Assembly: GCA_002898395.1 (NCBI GenBank)
Contig: BEHE01000012.1
Coordinates: 10,818-74,817 of the forward strand
DNA length: 64,000 bases
DNA from: Candidatus Calditenuaceae archaeon HR02
GTDB lineage: Archaea; Thermoproteota; Nitrososphaeria_A; Caldarchaeales; Calditenuaceae
Direction of reading: 5' to 3'
Each line of letters starts with the position of its first letter. The first letter of the stretch is position 1. The notes beneath the pieces were generated by a model. It had not been told where the DNA came from and made no database searches. It saw only the letters and a program-made list of their open reading frames with translations. Of this stretch, positions 48,474 to 57,154 are shown piece by piece. The position numbers and the translations under genes are program-made.

Positions 48474-49420
48474 TGCATGTGTTAATCTTGGCCCGCGAAT
48501 TGGATGAGCTACTCGAACTGAGGGCTGTAGCAGATCAGATAGGTGCATTGGAGGTGGAGACCCTTGTCCCAAAGGCAATGACTAACGGTGAGGACTTAGC
48601 ATCGCTGGGATTGAGGCGCGCTTATTTCCTCGAGGGGTTTGACGATATTTCCCCAGATGGGCTCAAAAAAATTGTTATCGACTTGGTAGGGAAGGTAGAG
48701 CCTAGCCTGGTTTTGGGGCCGTCCAAGAAGGTTTTCCGGGAGCTCTTTGCAAGAGTGGCTCACAACCTTGCATCGCCATGTCTGACGGATTGCACCAGCC
48801 TAGAGTTTTCTGGGGGGAGACTAGTTGTAGAGAGACCGTTCCTAGGTGGGGGTTATGTCGAGAGGCTAGCAGTTAAGAAGCTTCCCGCATTTCTGACTAT
48901 CCAGATGACTGGGAGGAGGCCGAAAATTAGGGAGAGGAACGGCCCCGAAAAAGTAGAGCTCAGCAAGCCTTCATCTGAGGATTTTAGTCTGAGGCGCGTC
49001 TCAGTAGAGAGGGTCGAGAGAGGTGGGGCTGACCTAGCCAAGGCACGCATAGTAGTCTCTGTCGGCCGCGGATTTAAGAGGCGAGAGGACTTGAAGTTGG
49101 CTGAAGAACTTGCCCAGCTCTTAGGTGCGGACTTGGCGTGTAGTAGGCCGCTCGCGAGCGATTTAGGGTGGATGCCTGAGGAAAAGCATGTAGGATTATC
49201 GGGCAAGTGGATAAGCCCCCAGCTCTACATTGCCATAGGCATATCTGGTCAGGTGCAGCACATGGTGGGGGTTAGGAATTCAAGAATAATCGTGGCTGTA
49301 AATAATGACACTTCGGCACCCATCCATAGAGAGGCGGACTATTCAGTACCTCTAGACCTATATCAGTTCATTCCAGCCCTGATCACGGTGTTGCGGGAGA
49401 AGGGGGTACGCGCCACGTGA
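48473..49420 (+). CDS. etfA: Electron transfer flavoprotein alpha subunit
   Basis: VSVGRG; CSRPL; VGLSGK; LYIAIGISGQVQHMVG; AVNND..API. Confidence 0.94.
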   Translation: MHVLILARELDELLELRAVADQIGALEVETLVPKAMTNGEDLASLGLRRAYFLEGFDDISPDGLKKIVIDLVGKVEPSLVLGPSKKVFRELFARVAHNLASPCLTDCTSLEFSGGRLVVERPFLGGGYVERLAVKKLPAFLTIQMTGRRPKIRERNGPEKVELSKPSSEDFSLRRVSVERVERGGADLAKARIVVSVGRGFKRREDLKLAEELAQLLGADLACSRPLASDLGWMPEEKHVGLSGKWISPQLYIAIGISGQVQHMVGVRNSRIIVAVNNDTSAPIHREADYSVPLDLYQFIPALITVLREKGVRAT

Positions 49421-49455
49421 ATAGCTATTAGAATGAGTCGTGGTGTAGGTGTGGG

Positions 49456-50283
49456 TTGAGAGTGGCATTTCAAGGCGAGAGAGGGGCGTACAGTGAAGAG
49501 GCTGTGATACTATACTTCGGCCTGGAGGCTGAGCCCCAGCCGCGAAAGACCATCTCCGCAGTCTTCATGAGCGTGGAGGCGGGCGAGGTGGAGGCAGGCG
49601 TTGTACCAGTAGAGAATAGTATTGAGGGAAGCGTTGGCGAGACCTACGACGCCCTTTTAACTACGAGCCTCAAGGTTATAGGCGAGTTGAACCTGAGAAT
49701 TTCCCACTGTCTAATCGGGCTGCCCGGCACATCGATAGACAGTCTTAAGAAGGTCGTATCACACCCCCAGGCCCTCGCCCAGTGTAGGGCATACATCGCC
49801 TCTTTAGGCCTCGAGACAGTCAGCCACTACGACACGGCTGCTGCGGTCCGATATGTGAAGGAGCTAGGAGACAAGACCGTCGCAGCAATAGCAAGTGCGA
49901 GGGCTGCCGAAATATACTCAATGGAGATTTTGGCGAGAGGAATCGAGGATTATGGTCGAAATTATACTAGGTTCTTGGTTATAGGTCGCGGAGAGCCAGA
50001 TAGGGCGGAAAAGGAGAAGACAAGCATTATCTTCTCACTCCCCCACAGGCCCGGCGCTCTATATGAGGCCCTCGGAGCCTTTGCGAAACGGGGAATAAAT
50101 CTGACAAAAATAGAGTCCAGACCTACGAGGGCCAGGCCCTGGCAATACCACTTTTACGTAGACTTCGAGGGCCACATAAGTGATGAGAAGGTCCGCGAAG
50201 CATTGTCAGAGCTCGCGACTAAGTCTATTCTTCTGAAGGTCCTTGGCTCATACCCTGCCTGGCAGGACAACCCCTCTGACTAA
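49456..50283 (+). CDS. pheA: Prephenate dehydratase
   Basis: VAFQGERGAYSE; PVENSIEG; SHPQALAQC; NYTRF; LTKIESRP ACT domain. Confidence 0.96.
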   Translation: MRVAFQGERGAYSEEAVILYFGLEAEPQPRKTISAVFMSVEAGEVEAGVVPVENSIEGSVGETYDALLTTSLKVIGELNLRISHCLIGLPGTSIDSLKKVVSHPQALAQCRAYIASLGLETVSHYDTAAAVRYVKELGDKTVAAIASARAAEIYSMEILARGIEDYGRNYTRFLVIGRGEPDRAEKEKTSIIFSLPHRPGALYEALGAFAKRGINLTKIESRPTRARPWQYHFYVDFEGHISDEKVREALSELATKSILLKVLGSYPAWQDNPSD

Positions 50284-50320
50284 GCTAGGAATCTTAGGAG
50301 CTTAGTCTAATCTTAGGAAC

Positions 50321-51982
50321 CTATGTCACGCTCAGTAGTGAGAGGTTTAGCTCGCATCCTACGACAGGCATGTAGAGGCCGAAGTTCTCCAGCACTGAGG
50401 GGTGTATCTCGCCTATGAAGCCAACCTCTACACCCTCCCTTACTACTGCGGCTCCGCGGCCGGGGATGAAGAAGGGATAATCCTTCGCGGTCAAGTTGTT
50501 CTCTAACTCGAATAGGCGGAGAACCTCCTCTAACACCGCCTTCAACTCGGAGAAAGACGCAGTGGAGTGGCATATGACGAAGGCTAGGTGTGTCTCTCTC
50601 CCAGCCCTCTCTGGTAGCGTATCGTTTCTTACGATCACGTCTCCGAGTTCGAACAGCCTTTGCGGATACGGGTTTTTTGAGTTGGCGGCGAGGTTTGAGA
50701 GAATACCAGGGAGCAGGAGCTCCCTCAAACAATCATACATTATGGAGACCGGGTTCAATATCTTCACTCCAGGCTCCCGGTTTATGAGCATCCAGTTAAA
50801 GTCTCTCTCCGTGTTAGAGAGTGTTGTGTTAACTACTTCAGTAAAGCCCATCCCCAGCATAAACCGTCTCAGAACATCCAGTATCTTCGACGCTGGGAGT
50901 AGAGCTCCTATTCCTGCAGTCTCTGGGAGCACCGGCTCGAGGTTCTCATAACCAATACCTATTGCAACCTCCTCGACTAGATCGACGGGATGAAGGATGT
51001 CGACCCTATAGGGCGGCACGCTCACAATCACCCCTCCGCGTGACGCTTTAGCGTCAAGCCTCATCCTGCGCAAAGCCTTCACAATGTCTCTAGTAGATAG
51101 TTCTAAACCGATGAGAGAAGACGCGAGGCTCGGATCCAAGAGCCACTTGGTGGTAGAGAGGTTGGGGGTGTAGATTTGTCTCCGTTTGCCTTTGTATCTT
51201 ATCAGTGTCTTATATGCGACGCCACCTAGGTCTATCAGCGTCGTGACCAGTATGTTGAGAGCTTGATTCACAGTCTTCTCGTCCGTGCCCGTTACGTCTA
51301 TGAAGAGCTCCCGCGTCTCAGGCCTCAGCTCTGTCAGAGAGGAATTGATTATGGGTGGGAAGGAGAGAACGTTTCCCCGACTATCCAGTATTATTGGCGC
51401 CAAGTCCTTACCTTGGAGTATCCAAGCATACTTCCTTCCCGTCGGATGTTCAGCGAGTATCTGCTGAGGTGTCATCTCTTGGTAGTAGCCGAGCGGGATG
51501 AAGCGAATCTCCGAGAGGCCAACTGCCCGGTAGGTGAATGGTGGGCGAACCTTTGCGTAGTCGTGTAGTCCGATGGCGATTTTTCGGCGGTCGCGGCCGA
51601 GAATCCAGTGGAGGTCCTCCTGCAGGGCTATGAGGTCCGCTATATCCTCCTCGCCCAGGATTAATGAGCGGACCAGTGCACAGGCAATATAGGGTCTCAC
51701 GGACTCGACGCTTCTTTCGACCTCCACAACGACGCTAGAGGGTCTCGCCGAGTATCTTCTCGCCCCCAGCTCGATCTCGAGAAGACCTTTAAATGCCCTT
51801 GCAACAGAGACTTGGCTGCCGAAGTCTGGGCGGTTTGGGTTATATTCGACTTTGACCTCAGCTTCCCCCACCTCCTCGACAGACATGCCCAAGGCGGCCG
51901 CCAGGTCTGCAATCTGGTTGGGGGATAGCTGGGCACCTACAAACCTAGACACCCTGTCAACTTTCAACGTGATTGCCGGCAT
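50321..51982 (-). CDS. pheT: Phenylalanyl-tRNA synthetase beta subunit
   Basis: PNRPD; QEDLH..GRDRRKIAIGLHD; SFPPIIN; PPYRVDILHPVDLVEEVAI. Confidence 0.97.
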   Translation of the reverse strand: MPAITLKVDRVSRFVGAQLSPNQIADLAAALGMSVEEVGEAEVKVEYNPNRPDFGSQVSVARAFKGLLEIELGARRYSARPSSVVVEVERSVESVRPYIACALVRSLILGEEDIADLIALQEDLHWILGRDRRKIAIGLHDYAKVRPPFTYRAVGLSEIRFIPLGYYQEMTPQQILAEHPTGRKYAWILQGKDLAPIILDSRGNVLSFPPIINSSLTELRPETRELFIDVTGTDEKTVNQALNILVTTLIDLGGVAYKTLIRYKGKRRQIYTPNLSTTKWLLDPSLASSLIGLELSTRDIVKALRRMRLDAKASRGGVIVSVPPYRVDILHPVDLVEEVAIGIGYENLEPVLPETAGIGALLPASKILDVLRRFMLGMGFTEVVNTTLSNTERDFNWMLINREPGVKILNPVSIMYDCLRELLLPGILSNLAANSKNPYPQRLFELGDVIVRNDTLPERAGRETHLAFVICHSTASFSELKAVLEEVLRLFELENNLTAKDYPFFIPGRGAAVVREGVEVGFIGEIHPSVLENFGLYMPVVGCELNLSLLSVT

Positions 51983-51984
51983 AA

Positions 51985-53541
51985 CTAGCCACTCACCCTG
52001 GCCCTCTCGAGCTTAAGAGGATTGAAGCTGAGGAGCCACCTCAGGTCATTTTGGTAGAGGGCCCGTACATCATTTACGTCAAGTAGTAGGATGGCGAGTC
52101 GCTCGAGTCCTAGACCCCAGGCGAGGACCGGCTCCTTAACCCCGAGAGGCAAAGTCACCTCAGGTCTGAAGATGCCCATGCCGCCGAGCTCAACCCAGCT
52201 CCCCTTACCCTCAACGTAGACGTCCACCTCCGCTGAGGGTTCTGTGTAGGGGAAGTAGCTGGGCCTGAACCTGACCTTTTTAAGCCCCATCCGCGAGTAA
52301 AACTCCTTTATTAAGCCCATTAGCTGTCTTAAGTTTGCGTTTCTATCGACTAGTATGCCTTCCACTTGGTGGAACTCGGCCAGTCTCCGCCAGTCGACCT
52401 TCTCGTTACGGAAGACCCTGTCTACTGTGAAGACTTTCAGGGGCCTCTTCGGGGACTGGGCGAGATGCCGTATAGTGGTTGCTGTAGTGTGTGTTCTCAG
52501 AACTAGGCGTGAAGCCTCTTCAACGCTCCACTCATAACCCCAACCCCTAGAGCCTGTCCCCCCACCGTCGCGATGGACCCTGCCAACCCTGGCGGAGAGC
52601 TCGTTCGGGGGCTCCCCAGTGGCGGGGTTTGAGAGATAGAAAGTGTCGTGCATCTCTCTGGCCGGGTGGTCCTGCGGCTGAAAGAGGGCGTCGAAGTTCC
52701 AGAACGCGAGCTCTACTAGGGGCCCCTGTATCTCCTCGAACCCCAGCTCCACGAAGATGGACTTGATTAGCTGGATGAGGTGAGTTAGGGGGTGTTGCCT
52801 CGGCCCCTGCACTGGCTTAACCGGCGCATAAATATCATATCTCCTAAACCTCTTCTCTCTCCACGCCCCGCTGATAAGAAGCTCGGGGGTTAGCTGGGTA
52901 ATCTCCTCCCTCTCCACAAGCGCCTCGGGGGGGAGGCTCAGAGCTTTCTTAGTAGGTGTGAGAACATATCTCGACACTTCGCTAATCCTTAACACCTTTG
53001 GTCTTCGGCTTAACCTCTCACAGGCTGGCTGGAGCGGGCCCATATCCTCAAGCCTCGCAGCCCCCCTCTTCAAGATCTCGAGGACCAGCTCGTCGTCGGT
53101 TTTTGAGTCGGGATATCTTTCGATTCGGAGCCTAACCTCGCCATCGGATTTGGAGACAGTTATCCAACCATTCCTCTTCGCCCAAATGATGCCGATGTTA
53201 AGCTCATCTTTGCCGAGTATGCCGGTGGATTCGATCTGGCCGAGCGTTGCCTCACCCCCCATTGACTTGAGAGTCTCGACAAGCCTCCTCTCGGGGAGGC
53301 CCTTCTCAACATATACAAGTCCTTCCTCTCCCAGTGTCATCACATGCGTCACCGAAGCCTTTGAGGACTCTGCAAGACCCTTGCTTGCAAGCCATTCCGC
53401 GGCTTTAGCTACAGCGCCCACGTTCACGGCTAGCTTCGCGGCCACTTCGTCGAAACCGAGGGGGCCTTCGGAGATTATAAGGCTCAGTACCCGCCTCTCC
53501 AAGGGGTGCAGCTCCAACTCCTCCCTGCCCTGCTCCGACAT
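51985..53541 (-). CDS. pheS: Phenylalanyl-tRNA synthetase alpha subunit
   Basis: FWNFDALFQPQDHPAREMHDTF; LRTHTT; FRNE; YFPYTEPS; WGLGLERL. Confidence 0.98.
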   Translation of the reverse strand: MSEQGREELELHPLERRVLSLIISEGPLGFDEVAAKLAVNVGAVAKAAEWLASKGLAESSKASVTHVMTLGEEGLVYVEKGLPERRLVETLKSMGGEATLGQIESTGILGKDELNIGIIWAKRNGWITVSKSDGEVRLRIERYPDSKTDDELVLEILKRGAARLEDMGPLQPACERLSRRPKVLRISEVSRYVLTPTKKALSLPPEALVEREEITQLTPELLISGAWREKRFRRYDIYAPVKPVQGPRQHPLTHLIQLIKSIFVELGFEEIQGPLVELAFWNFDALFQPQDHPAREMHDTFYLSNPATGEPPNELSARVGRVHRDGGGTGSRGWGYEWSVEEASRLVLRTHTTATTIRHLAQSPKRPLKVFTVDRVFRNEKVDWRRLAEFHQVEGILVDRNANLRQLMGLIKEFYSRMGLKKVRFRPSYFPYTEPSAEVDVYVEGKGSWVELGGMGIFRPEVTLPLGVKEPVLAWGLGLERLAILLLDVNDVRALYQNDLRWLLSFNPLKLERARVSG

Positions 53542-53589
53542 GAAACCAACAACACACGTCTCAGCCTCTTAACATAGTTTATTCGATAC

Positions 53590-54153
53590 ATGTTTTTACC
53601 TGTCTCACACAATATGGTCAATGGGTTGGAGAGAGCGGGGCTAAAGGCTGTCTTGGCTGAGGACTACAGGTGTAGGGTAGTTGAGGGAGATATTGAAGGG
53701 CTTGTGGCGAGAGGGTTTGGGGATCTCTCGGAGGGCCTGCTGATGCTTTGGCCGGAGGAAGTGCTTTATCTTCTTGAGAGGAAGGCACTTAGCCTTGTGG
53801 ATAAGGAGGGCAACCCCTTAAACTTCAAAACCTACCTCGACCTCCTCTCCAAGGAGAAGCCATTCCTGTGGCCCCGATATATTGTATACCGAGATCTGAG
53901 AAGCACTGGAAGGATAGTGAGAATGGGGTTTGGCGGCATGTTAACCTATAGGCTATACGAGACTTCTAACAAGGAGACCTCAAAGTATCTCATATTTCCT
54001 TTCCCCGAGGGTTCAACATTAAGGGTGAAGGAACTTCTCAAAGCATCAAAGCAGGTTATGAGGAAGGGGAAGACCCTAATAATCGCGGTCTTGGAGCGGA
54101 GGGGAGAGGTGATCTACTACTCATGCACAGACACAAGTCTCTCAAATCTCTAA
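53590..54153 (+). CDS. tRNA-splicing endonuclease subunit, probably structural (beta)
   Basis: EEVLYLLE; YIVYRDLRSTG..GFG; IAVLERRGEVIYY; the catalytic GP..H loop is absent. Confidence 0.8.
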   Translation: MFLPVSHNMVNGLERAGLKAVLAEDYRCRVVEGDIEGLVARGFGDLSEGLLMLWPEEVLYLLERKALSLVDKEGNPLNFKTYLDLLSKEKPFLWPRYIVYRDLRSTGRIVRMGFGGMLTYRLYETSNKETSKYLIFPFPEGSTLRVKELLKASKQVMRKGKTLIIAVLERRGEVIYYSCTDTSLSNL

Positions 54154-54986
54154 GGGCTAAGGGATTCGTCGAGATAACTAGGCCCCCAAACGGCCTGATG
54201 ATGGCCCTTGCTGTCTATGTTGGTTATTTTGTCCAGAGCGGTAGGATTCCTAGCCCTCTGGAGGGGGCTTTCGCAGCAGTTACCGCCTACACTTTAACTG
54301 CTTCATCCATGGTGGTTAACGATATTATAGACAGGGAGATAGATGCGGTCAACAATCCCAGACGCCCCATACCCTCTGGCCTCGTCAAAGCCTCCGAGGC
54401 AGCCCCATTCTCAATCCTCCTTGGACTTACGGGGTTGGGGTCATCGGCTGTCCTGGGATCTAGTGCGCTGGTGGTGGCGGCGATATTCTACGCCCTCGCA
54501 CTCTCTTACAACGCTTATCTAAAGAAGAGGGGACTGATCGGGAACGCGGCGGTGAGCGCCACGATATCGGCCCCCTACATATATGGTGCAGTACTGGCCG
54601 AGGGAATGGTCGGCTTACCGGTCGCCATTATAGCTTCCATGTCTTTCCTGGCCGGAATGGGTCGGGAGGTCGTTAAGGGGATCTCCGACGTGGAGGGTGA
54701 TAGACGCCGCGGGGTGCAGACCTACGCGATTACACATGGGGAAAAGGCTGCAGCGAGGCTTGGCGCCTTCTTCGTCTTCGCCGCTGTAGCACTAAGCCCA
54801 CTGCCAGTGGCCATTGGAACCATGAGCCTGCTCTACATCCCTCCCGTCGCAATAGCAGACGTAGGATTCACATACTCCAACATTAAATTGCTGCGGGACC
54901 CAGCGATTAGCAAAAGGACCAAGACAGAGTATCTGGCCTGGATGCTCATGGGATTGGTAGGATTTCTTTTAGGAGCGCATAGATAA
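54123..54986 (+). CDS. Digeranylgeranylglyceryl phosphate synthase (UbiA family)
   Basis: RPPN; NDIIDREIDAVNNPRRPIPSG; GREVVKGISDVEGD. Confidence 0.9.
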   Translation: MHRHKSLKSLRAKGFVEITRPPNGLMMALAVYVGYFVQSGRIPSPLEGAFAAVTAYTLTASSMVVNDIIDREIDAVNNPRRPIPSGLVKASEAAPFSILLGLTGLGSSAVLGSSALVVAAIFYALALSYNAYLKKRGLIGNAAVSATISAPYIYGAVLAEGMVGLPVAIIASMSFLAGMGREVVKGISDVEGDRRRGVQTYAITHGEKAAARLGAFFVFAAVALSPLPVAIGTMSLLYIPPVAIADVGFTYSNIKLLRDPAISKRTKTEYLAWMLMGLVGFLLGAHR

Positions 54987-55028
54987 CGCCGCGGGAAATC
55001 ATGATATATTGGAGGGTAGAAGTGGGGA

Positions 55029-56228
55029 GTGGTTTTGAAGCTGATTAAGGACCCTGTCCACGGTTATATCACACTCTCAGACTGGGAGCTGAGGATCGTG
55101 GACACATTTGCGGTTCAGAGGCTGAGGAGGATAGGGCAGCTCCCACTAGCATATCTTGTATACCCTGGTGCACGTCACACGCGCTTCGATCACTCACTTG
55201 GATCGATGGTCTTGGCGGAAGAGTTTGCAAAGAGCTTAGGCCTGCAGGATGAGGAGGCACGCGTCTTCAAGGCAGCTGCTCTCCTACATGACGTAGGGCA
55301 CACTCCTTTTTCACACCTATTTGAGGAATTCCTCATAGAGAAGGGCTTTACACATGAGGATGTAGGCAGGAGAATAATAGTGGGCAATGAAGAGCTGAGA
55401 CTCGCCATAGAAGAGGCTGGCATAGACTTGGGCGAGCTCATAAGACTTCTGGAAGGAAGGCACAGGCTAAGTAAGCTAGTATCCGGACCGATAGACGTAG
55501 ACAGACTGGACTTCCTTCTGAGAGACTCGTACTTCACTGGAGCGACCTATGGAGTAATTGACGTGAGACGCCTCATCTACCTGACAAAGATTGAGGATGG
55601 TGAACTTTGTATCGATGAGAGAGGGCGAGGAGTGTTGGAGGAGCTTGCAGTAGCACGGCTCCACTCATTCCTTAACATATACTTTCATCATGCTGTCCGC
55701 GCGGCCCAGCTCCAGCTCCTTAGGGCGGCGGAAGAGTATGGCGGAGAACTGACTGGAATAGCTGAGCTGACTATCGAAGACTACCTAAACCTCGATGACT
55801 TTACAGTCTGGTGTATGCTCAAAAACAACCCTAAGTCTAGGAGCAGGATGGATGCCCTTTCAAGAAGGATTCTTCCTAAGATAATCTTTGAGGGGAGAGT
55901 CGAGGACCATCGCACCACATCCTGGTCCAGCGAGAAGAGAAGACGGCTTGAAGAAGAGCTTGCCGAGACCCTAAACATGTCTGCGCGTAATGTCTATATC
56001 GACTCGTCAGTCATACCTCCTCTCACAAAGTACGGTCCTGCAGAGCTGACGATGAAAGTGAGTGGCAGCTACGAGAGGCGAGAAACGAGATCTTGGATCC
56101 TAGAGATGACTGCAAAGCCCATCTACATTGTCAGGGCCTACGTCGACCGAGGGGTTGGTGAGTATAATGTATTGAGGGAGAAGGCTCAGAAGTTCTTCAA
56201 AAGCCGAGGACTCGTTGACGGTGTCTAA
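55029..56228 (+). CDS. HD-domain phosphohydrolase (SAMHD1/dNTPase-like)
   Basis: DPVHG; QRLRRIGQL; HTRFDHSLG; LLHDVGHTPFSH; DVDRLDFLLRDS. Confidence 0.92.
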   Translation: MVLKLIKDPVHGYITLSDWELRIVDTFAVQRLRRIGQLPLAYLVYPGARHTRFDHSLGSMVLAEEFAKSLGLQDEEARVFKAAALLHDVGHTPFSHLFEEFLIEKGFTHEDVGRRIIVGNEELRLAIEEAGIDLGELIRLLEGRHRLSKLVSGPIDVDRLDFLLRDSYFTGATYGVIDVRRLIYLTKIEDGELCIDERGRGVLEELAVARLHSFLNIYFHHAVRAAQLQLLRAAEEYGGELTGIAELTIEDYLNLDDFTVWCMLKNNPKSRSRMDALSRRILPKIIFEGRVEDHRTTSWSSEKRRRLEEELAETLNMSARNVYIDSSVIPPLTKYGPAELTMKVSGSYERRETRSWILEMTAKPIYIVRAYVDRGVGEYNVLREKAQKFFKSRGLVDGV

Positions 56229-57105
56229 CCTGCCTCATGAGTCCCTCCTCAAGGCTTACGATAGGCCTGTAGCCAAGTAGCCTCCTGATCTTCTCTATAG
56301 ATGGATAGCTAATCATGGGCTCGGCCTCTTCTGCACTCCGCGGCGGAGCATTACTTATATGCGCGTTTGAGGAAGTCAGCCTCTTTATCAGTTCTGCAAG
56401 CTCCCTAATCGAGAGGGCATTTCCAGTCCCCACGTTGAAGACCTCCCCAACAGCATTCTCGTTCCTCAAAGCCAGTTCAATTGCGTGGCACAAGTTTTCT
56501 ACATGATAGGGGTCTGTAACATCTCTGCCGCCGTTATATAGCGTTATTTCACCATCCCTCAGACAAGCGTCTATAAACCGAGAGATGGCACTCTGGGGAG
56601 AGTCATACTCTCCAAAGACCTTCCAAGACCTGAAAACAACAGTAGGAACTCCATATACGCGCCTGTAGGCCTCAACGCATTTTTCCGCCATAACTTTAGA
56701 ATAGTCATATACGGTGCGTGGTGAGAGGGGGCTCTCCTCCACGACTGGAAGAGGAGGACGTGGACCATACACGTTGGCTGAAGAGAGATATACGAACCTC
56801 TCAACACCTAGTCGACGAGCCACTTCGAGCATATTCGCTGTGCCGAGAACGTTTGTGTTTAGACAATTGAGGGGGTCCTCTCTACATGCTGGAGGATTGG
56901 ATATTGCTGCCAGATGGACAACGTGGCTCGGCCTATGATCTTGGAGAGGTGGTAACAAGCTATCCAGCGCGAGGATACTTGCCTTTATCTCAGCCCCATC
57001 ACATACATCTAACCCTAAAACCGAGTATCCTTTTCTTGTAAGATACTCTCGCAGGCTTCTCCCAATGAATCCTTGAGAACCAGTGATGAGTACTTGGGCC
57101 ACCAA
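56197..57105 (-). CDS. NAD-dependent epimerase/dehydratase
   Basis: TGSQGFIG; HLAA; SSANVYG; YDYSK. Confidence 0.92.
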   Translation of the reverse strand: MVAQVLITGSQGFIGRSLREYLTRKGYSVLGLDVCDGAEIKASILALDSLLPPLQDHRPSHVVHLAAISNPPACREDPLNCLNTNVLGTANMLEVARRLGVERFVYLSSANVYGPRPPLPVVEESPLSPRTVYDYSKVMAEKCVEAYRRVYGVPTVVFRSWKVFGEYDSPQSAISRFIDACLRDGEITLYNGGRDVTDPYHVENLCHAIELALRNENAVGEVFNVGTGNALSIRELAELIKRLTSSNAHISNAPPRSAEEAEPMISYPSIEKIRRLLGYRPIVSLEEGLMRQVRHRQRVLGF

Positions 57106-57154
57106 AGACCCGTGACCAATTCTTGATAAATACTTATTCCTATTTCGAGAAATC

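Noticed and set aside
52958-53572. 204-aa plus-strand ORF
   Set aside because: Ser-rich antisense shadow of pheS
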